From a virus (Duplodnaviria > Caudoviricetes), in IMG/VR virus record IMGVR_UViG_3300025732_000054, positions 1 through 53,862 of that record: 53,862 nt of DNA; one strand, 5' to 3'. How positions within the stretch are numbered: the first letter of the stretch is position 1; each line of letters starts with the position of its first letter. The notes under the pieces were generated by a model. That model did not search any database. It saw nothing but the letters and a program-made list of their open reading frames with translations, and had not been told where the DNA came from. The position numbers were made by a program, and so were the translations under genes. Positions 48,916 to 53,862 of the stretch are shown here, piece by piece.

Positions 48916-51363
48916 ATGGCAACAATCAAACCTAAACGAGGCACAGGCGCACCCACAGGGTTGGTCCAACACGAACTGGCAGTAAACACTGCTGGTCGTA
49001 TCATTTATTTGGGCAATACCGGTGGAACTGGAGACATTGTTGCTTCGCATACTACGGTTCGTGGCCTGAGCGGAACTGTTGGGGTTAGTGCCGGCAACGG
49101 AATAGCCATAACCAATTCTGGAAATTCATTCAGCATAGCACTCAACGCTGGTTTAAGAGAACTTTCAGACACGAATATAAGTCTGTCTCCAACTCTTAAT
49201 GATGGTCTTGTTTGGAAAGGAACAAGATGGCAAAACACCCCAGTTGTTCTTTCTCTCAATGGGGGTGCGGGAGATGTCACCGCAGTCACTTCGCTCGCCG
49301 CCGCAGCAGGCATTTCGCTTTCTGGATCATCAGGCGACATTACTGTTGAAAATATAGGTGTAGTTCAGACAAATGCGGGCTTGGGTATTTCTGTATCTGG
49401 AGCCACGGGAACAGTAACAATAACCAACACTGGTGTCACTCAAGCAGTTGCGGGTTCTGGTATTAGCGTATCTTCCGCTACGGGACGAGTTACCATTACC
49501 AACTCCGGAGTAAGAGCCGCAGCCGCAGGTGCGGGAATCTCTATCTCTGGAACCAATAGCATAACCATAACCAATCAGGGAGTGAGATCTCTGAACGGTT
49601 CAACCGGAGATCTTCAAGATGTTTCTGCCCTATCAACAGACGCATCAGGGATTTATCTGAGTGGAAGTACAGGAAGCATAACAATACGAAACACTGGTGT
49701 GTTTAGTGTTGTTGCGGGAAACAGCGGTATTGGGGTAAGCACAATTGCTGCTTCAGACAATCCTCAATATGTTACGATTACTAATACTGGTGTTACTCAG
49801 GCTGTTGCCGGATCAGGAATCTCCGTGTCTGGTGCTACAGGAGCCGTAACCATCACCAACGCAGGCGTGACCGGCATACAGGTTTCTGGAGGAACCGCCG
49901 CTACAGGAGGTATAATCCTTGCCCAAGGGTCTAATGTAACCATAACACAATCGGGCAACACATTTACCTTTGCTGCCGAACTCTCGGGTGCGAGCGCAGG
50001 CGTGACCACACTCAACGGGCTGAGTGGAGCAGTAGTGCTTGCCGCAGGCACGAATGTAACCATCACACCATCAGGAAATACTCTGACTATCGCTGCCGAA
50101 CTCTCGGGTGCGAGCGCAGGCGTGACCACCATACGAGGATTGAGCGGAACGGTGGGTGTAAGTGCAGGTTCTGCGATTTCTATCACAAATTCGGGCAACA
50201 CCTTCACAATAGCCAATACAGGAGTTTGGTCTTTTAATGGATCTACTGGTAATGTTGTCTATGTTGCTCCTGAACCTCCTGTCAATAGCGTGTCGGCAGG
50301 AACAGGTATATCTGTTCTAAATGATGGGGGAGACATAACCGTAACAAATATCGGTGTGGTTTCTTTTGGCAACAGTACAACATCAGGTGGAACCTACGGA
50401 ATCCGTGTAAGCGGAACGACCGGATCAGGTGTATTTCTCACGAATACAGGTGTGACCACGGCTGTTGCGGGATCAGGCATTTCCGTGTCTGGTGCTACAG
50501 GAACCGTGACCATAACAAATCAGGGTGTGCGATCTTTCTCTGCTAGTACAAGCACTCTTGATACTGTTCAGAATTTATTAGTCACACCATCTTCTGGTAC
50601 TGGAGATGTTTCTTTGTCTTTTGATGTGATTGCTGTAAAAACCGTTACTACTAGTGGTTCAGGAATAAACGCATCAACAGGTACTTTAGCAGACGAAGAA
50701 GGCGGTTATGTCGTTACTATATCCAACACTGGTGTCCATGCCATAAACAATCCCAAAACGGCCAGTGGTGGAACATACGGAGTCCGAGTCACTGGAAATA
50801 CAGGCTCTCTAGAAATCATCAATACTGGTGTGACTTTTGCTCAAGCAGGATCAGGAATCTCCGTGTCTGGTGCGACTGGAACCGTGACCATCACCAACAC
50901 CGGACTTACAGGGATAGCCAAGTCTGGTGGAGCATATGCCACAGGAAATGTTACGCTTGTAGAGGGCTCCAATATAACCATAACCCAATCGGGTTCTACA
51001 TTCACCATAGCCTCTAGTGGCGGTGGAGGTGGCGATGTTTCCTCTGTAAATGGAGCCACGGGAGCCATAACCCTTGTGGGTGGCACGGACATAAGCATAA
51101 CCCCGTCAGGTTCCACATTCACCATCGCCTATACAGGTGTCGGTGGACCAGGTGGTGGAGTATCAACGGTAAACGGATTGAGTGGTGCTGTAGGTCTAGC
51201 AGTCGGGCTTGGCCTGACCCTGACCTCTTCAGGAAATACACTAAATATAGCAGGACTCACGGCATCCACATCGCAGATCGGAGTTGCTTCGTTTGACTCC
51301 ACAAACTTCTCGGTGTCTGGTGGAGTGGTGTCTATAACTGCTATAAATGGTGGAACTTTCTGA
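48916..51363 (+). CDS. tail-fibre-like protein with NTGVT..AG.GI repeats
   Basis: MATIKPKRG...ELAVN N-terminus; repeat units; ends INGGTF. Confidence 0.85.
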   Translation: MATIKPKRGTGAPTGLVQHELAVNTAGRIIYLGNTGGTGDIVASHTTVRGLSGTVGVSAGNGIAITNSGNSFSIALNAGLRELSDTNISLSPTLNDGLVWKGTRWQNTPVVLSLNGGAGDVTAVTSLAAAAGISLSGSSGDITVENIGVVQTNAGLGISVSGATGTVTITNTGVTQAVAGSGISVSSATGRVTITNSGVRAAAAGAGISISGTNSITITNQGVRSLNGSTGDLQDVSALSTDASGIYLSGSTGSITIRNTGVFSVVAGNSGIGVSTIAASDNPQYVTITNTGVTQAVAGSGISVSGATGAVTITNAGVTGIQVSGGTAATGGIILAQGSNVTITQSGNTFTFAAELSGASAGVTTLNGLSGAVVLAAGTNVTITPSGNTLTIAAELSGASAGVTTIRGLSGTVGVSAGSAISITNSGNTFTIANTGVWSFNGSTGNVVYVAPEPPVNSVSAGTGISVLNDGGDITVTNIGVVSFGNSTTSGGTYGIRVSGTTGSGVFLTNTGVTTAVAGSGISVSGATGTVTITNQGVRSFSASTSTLDTVQNLLVTPSSGTGDVSLSFDVIAVKTVTTSGSGINASTGTLADEEGGYVVTISNTGVHAINNPKTASGGTYGVRVTGNTGSLEIINTGVTFAQAGSGISVSGATGTVTITNTGLTGIAKSGGAYATGNVTLVEGSNITITQSGSTFTIASSGGGGGDVSSVNGATGAITLVGGTDISITPSGSTFTIAYTGVGGPGGGVSTVNGLSGAVGLAVGLGLTLTSSGNTLNIAGLTASTSQIGVASFDSTNFSVSGGVVSITAINGGTF
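49972..50129 (+). repeat. 38-nt exact direct repeat, 120-nt period (49972-50009 and 50092-50129)
   Basis: GCTGCCGAACTCTCGGGTGCGAGCGCAGGCGTGACCAC twice. Confidence 0.9.
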
Positions 51364-51364
51364 T

Positions 51365-52468
51365 ATGCCTAGAGAAGAAATCATACAGATAAAATACGGA
51401 CTGACGGCAGGAACTAGACCCAGTAGCCTTCTGCGTGGTGAACTGGCCGTGAACCTTGCCGATCTACTGGCATTCGTCGGGAATGACCTGGGTGCTGCGG
51501 TGCCCCTGTTGGGCAAGGACTATCTTCTTGCTTCCGCATCCTACGACACCGATACTTCAGGCATTACCGTTCCCCAACTAGCGGAGTTTGTGGAAATCGT
51601 TGGATGCGGGGGCGGTGGTGGTGGCGGAGGCGGGTCACGAAGCAATGCGGGATCAGGAGTAGGAGGGGCAGGGGGCGGTGGTGCCCAAGGCGGTTCCGTA
51701 TTTTTCCCTCTGGATGAACTAGGGATTACCGCAGGTTCGGTGCTGCGAGTCGTAATTGGAACAGGTGGTGTGGGAGGAGCGGGCACATTCACAAGCGGCA
51801 CACAGCCCACAACCGCCGGCAACAACGGGTCTTCAACTTTTCTACAATCCAACAACGGTTCAATTACCTATATGGAGTTTCCTGGAGGCCGGGGTGCGCC
51901 AGTCGTAGCCAACAACGGCACTGTGACCACGACGGATTACGGGTTTGTCCCACGATTCCGAAAATTGATACAGGGTGATGGAGGCATATCTAATATACCC
52001 ACGAGCACCAGTCCATCTCCTGTGGGGAATGGAACCCCATCAGTATGGGGCGGTGGCGGCGGAGGAGCCGGGGCACAAGTGAATGCTTCGGGCACGAACT
52101 TCTACAATGGCACAACTGGTGGTGGATTGAATCCGTGGGTAATTGTTATTAATGGTGGAGGCGGAGGAACGCCCGGCACTGGTTACGGAAACAATGCTAA
52201 TATCACTGATGCTCCTGCCAACGGAACTACAGGCTGGGGCGGAGGTGGTGGAGGAAGCAGAAATGCCCCAGGTGTGGCAGGAAGAAACGGTGGGAACGGT
52301 GCGGACGGTGGACCCCGTGGTGGAGGCGGCGGTGGTGGAGGTGCTCTTCGGAGCAGCAGAACCGACTGTCGTCCAGGAAATGGTGGCACTGGCGGAAACG
52401 GATACATTACCCTGCGATGGTGGGGACTGGTTGGGCAAACGGTATACGGAAAGGTTCCTCTGCGATGA
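51365..52468 (+). CDS. glycine-rich structural protein, paralogue 1
   Basis: GELAVN.AD N-terminus; EIVGCGGGGGGGGG; ends G.G.GYITLRWW. Confidence 0.85.
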   Translation: MPREEIIQIKYGLTAGTRPSSLLRGELAVNLADLLAFVGNDLGAAVPLLGKDYLLASASYDTDTSGITVPQLAEFVEIVGCGGGGGGGGGSRSNAGSGVGGAGGGGAQGGSVFFPLDELGITAGSVLRVVIGTGGVGGAGTFTSGTQPTTAGNNGSSTFLQSNNGSITYMEFPGGRGAPVVANNGTVTTTDYGFVPRFRKLIQGDGGISNIPTSTSPSPVGNGTPSVWGGGGGGAGAQVNASGTNFYNGTTGGGLNPWVIVINGGGGGTPGTGYGNNANITDAPANGTTGWGGGGGGSRNAPGVAGRNGGNGADGGPRGGGGGGGGALRSSRTDCRPGNGGTGGNGYITLRWWGLVGQTVYGKVPLR

Positions 52469-53610
52469 GCGACATTCAGTTTTATAATAGTATTGTGGCA
52501 GGCACAACCTCGGCACTGAGTACCGGGGAACTAGCAGTCAACATAGCGGATCGTTCCCTGATGATCGGCAACTCCGCAGGCACGGCTGTTCGCCTGAACG
52601 CTTTCAAGTATTTTCTGTCCACACGATACGATACAACTACTTCCGACATCCCTGTGCCTGCGGGCGCAAAGTTTCTTGAGATTATTGGCTGCGGTGGAGG
52701 CGGCGGTGGTGGTGGAGGTTCTACGGTCAGACAGGCAAACATGACCGCATCAATAGTACAGACTTTCGGAGGCGGTGGAGGAAACGGTGGACAGGGGGGA
52801 AGATTTATCTTTTCTATTAGTGAACTGGGAATGACGGCAGGAGTATCTACTGTTCAAGTAAATATTGGTGCTGGTGGAGGCGGAGGAGTCCCTGCCACGG
52901 CTGCTAATACCAATAACAATGGAAACGCAGGATCGGACGGAAACAGCACTTGGGTTCAACGACAGGGGGATGGCATAACCCAAGCATTTGTGATTTTCCC
53001 TGGAGGTATTGGTGGTCTTGCGGGTATTCGTGGAACATCGACACTAAACACCCCTGTAGAAAAATCTGGAACAGTGTTTGACGGAATCCTGGGAGAATAC
53101 GATCCACAACTGCCCGATGATTTTCGTGAATACTGGGGAGGTGAAGGTCGAGGCGGACAGTATATTGGCGGAAACACCGCAGTAACCTTTCTGTACGGTC
53201 CTACTGGATATGCCTCTCTGTACGGAGGAGGCGGTGGCGGCGGCGGCGGCGGTGGATATGTTTTCCTTGTGGGAGGCGTATCGTACGGAGTGGCTCTGGG
53301 CGGAGGCTATCCCGGAACTGGTGGAGCGTTCATAAATAATGTGGCAAATACAGACATAACTCCTGGAACTGTTTCAGGGTCTACCACGACTTTCGCATCT
53401 GGTGGAAACACAGGGACGTATGGTGGTGCTGGTGGTGGGGGCGGTCCTGGAGGATGGACAGCAGAAATGGCAAAAACTGGAGGAGACGGTGGTGCTGGAG
53501 GTGGTGGCGGCGGAGGGGGAGGAAGCCTACGATTCTATGATGCCACCGCAGGACAACCGGGCACAGGCGGTCGAGGCGGCAGCGGTTATGTAATACTGAG
53601 GTGGTGGTGA
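52465..53610 (+). CDS. glycine-rich structural protein, paralogue 2
   Basis: ATGA overlap; GELAVNIAD; EIIGCGGGGGGGGG; ends GSGYVILRWW. Confidence 0.85.
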   Translation: MSDIQFYNSIVAGTTSALSTGELAVNIADRSLMIGNSAGTAVRLNAFKYFLSTRYDTTTSDIPVPAGAKFLEIIGCGGGGGGGGGSTVRQANMTASIVQTFGGGGGNGGQGGRFIFSISELGMTAGVSTVQVNIGAGGGGGVPATAANTNNNGNAGSDGNSTWVQRQGDGITQAFVIFPGGIGGLAGIRGTSTLNTPVEKSGTVFDGILGEYDPQLPDDFREYWGGEGRGGQYIGGNTAVTFLYGPTGYASLYGGGGGGGGGGGYVFLVGGVSYGVALGGGYPGTGGAFINNVANTDITPGTVSGSTTTFASGGNTGTYGGAGGGGGPGGWTAEMAKTGGDGGAGGGGGGGGGSLRFYDATAGQPGTGGRGGSGYVILRWW

Positions 53611-53862
53611 ATGTCTAGAGAAGACACAATAATCATATACAACTCCATTACTGCGGGAGCCGTGCCTTCGGGTCTGAGCCTGGGAGAAATTGCGGCCAAT
53701 AGTGCCGACCAGAGGTTCTATGTGGGAATATCTGGCAGTACCGCAGCACTCTTGTCCCCTTTCACAAGCGGAAACTCTATATCGTCTACACGATACGACT
53801 CTTCCAACGCATCCATCCCTGTTCCGGGCGGAGCGGTTCTTCTTGAAATCGTTGGGTGTGGT
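53611..53862 (+). CDS. glycine-rich structural protein, paralogue 3 (3'-truncated)
   Basis: MSREDTIIIYNSITAGAVPSGLSLGEIAANSAD...RYDSS...IPVPGGAVLLEIVGCG runs to the window end. Confidence 0.8.
   Translation, partial: MSREDTIIIYNSITAGAVPSGLSLGEIAANSADQRFYVGISGSTAALLSPFTSGNSISSTRYDSSNASIPVPGGAVLLEIVGCG

Noticed and set aside
42506-50129. Diversity-generating retroelement (Mtd-N-like domain and direct repeats)
   Set aside because: No reverse transcriptase in the window; repeats are exact or coding duplications rather than adenine-specific TR/VR pairs
1-53862. Stop-codon reassignment
   Set aside because: Core genes translate full-length in the standard code with tight packing, and no suppressor tRNA was found

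Overview
This window is a fragment of a large T4-like (cyanomyovirus-style) myophage genome. No integrase, CRISPR array, transposase or reverse transcriptase was seen. Bases 1-7900 form a GC-rich early region: a 5'-truncated ATP-dependent DNA ligase, many small hypothetical genes, a WYL_2/SH3-like protein and a winged-HTH protein, driven by recurring TTGAC-N16/17-TATACT promoters. Bases 7950-23700 are a mixed accessory region. It holds a phage-encoded outer-membrane beta-barrel, Hsp20, three AT-rich PD-(D/E)XK nuclease genes, 14 recognisable tRNAs (including unusual Ser-ACT and Ile-TAT), one non-canonical tRNA-like RNA and an orphan tRNA 3' fragment. It also holds two large paralogues (one ending in a Phycisphaerales-style dockerin-like tail), gp3, a TraR/DksA-like zinc finger, UvsE and a SpoU/TrmH methyltransferase. 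Bases 23700-53862 are the tail/baseplate module (tape-measure/gp29-like, gp51, gp26, gp54, gp2, gp4, gp48, gp53, gp27-like, gp5) followed by fibre and glycine-rich structural genes. Highlights read by eye: a pseudoknotted leader on the HTH gene, two candidate structured ncRNAs, 5'UTR-3'UTR pairing and a ROSE-like element around hsp20, a variant late promoter (A/C)TACATA, nuclease genes interlocked with tRNA genes, a likely -1 frameshift fusing gp26 to gp51, and a GH56/hyaluronidase-like domain inserted in gp53. A Planctomycetota (Phycisphaerales-like) host is inferred, not shown. All family assignments come from motif recognition without database searches.
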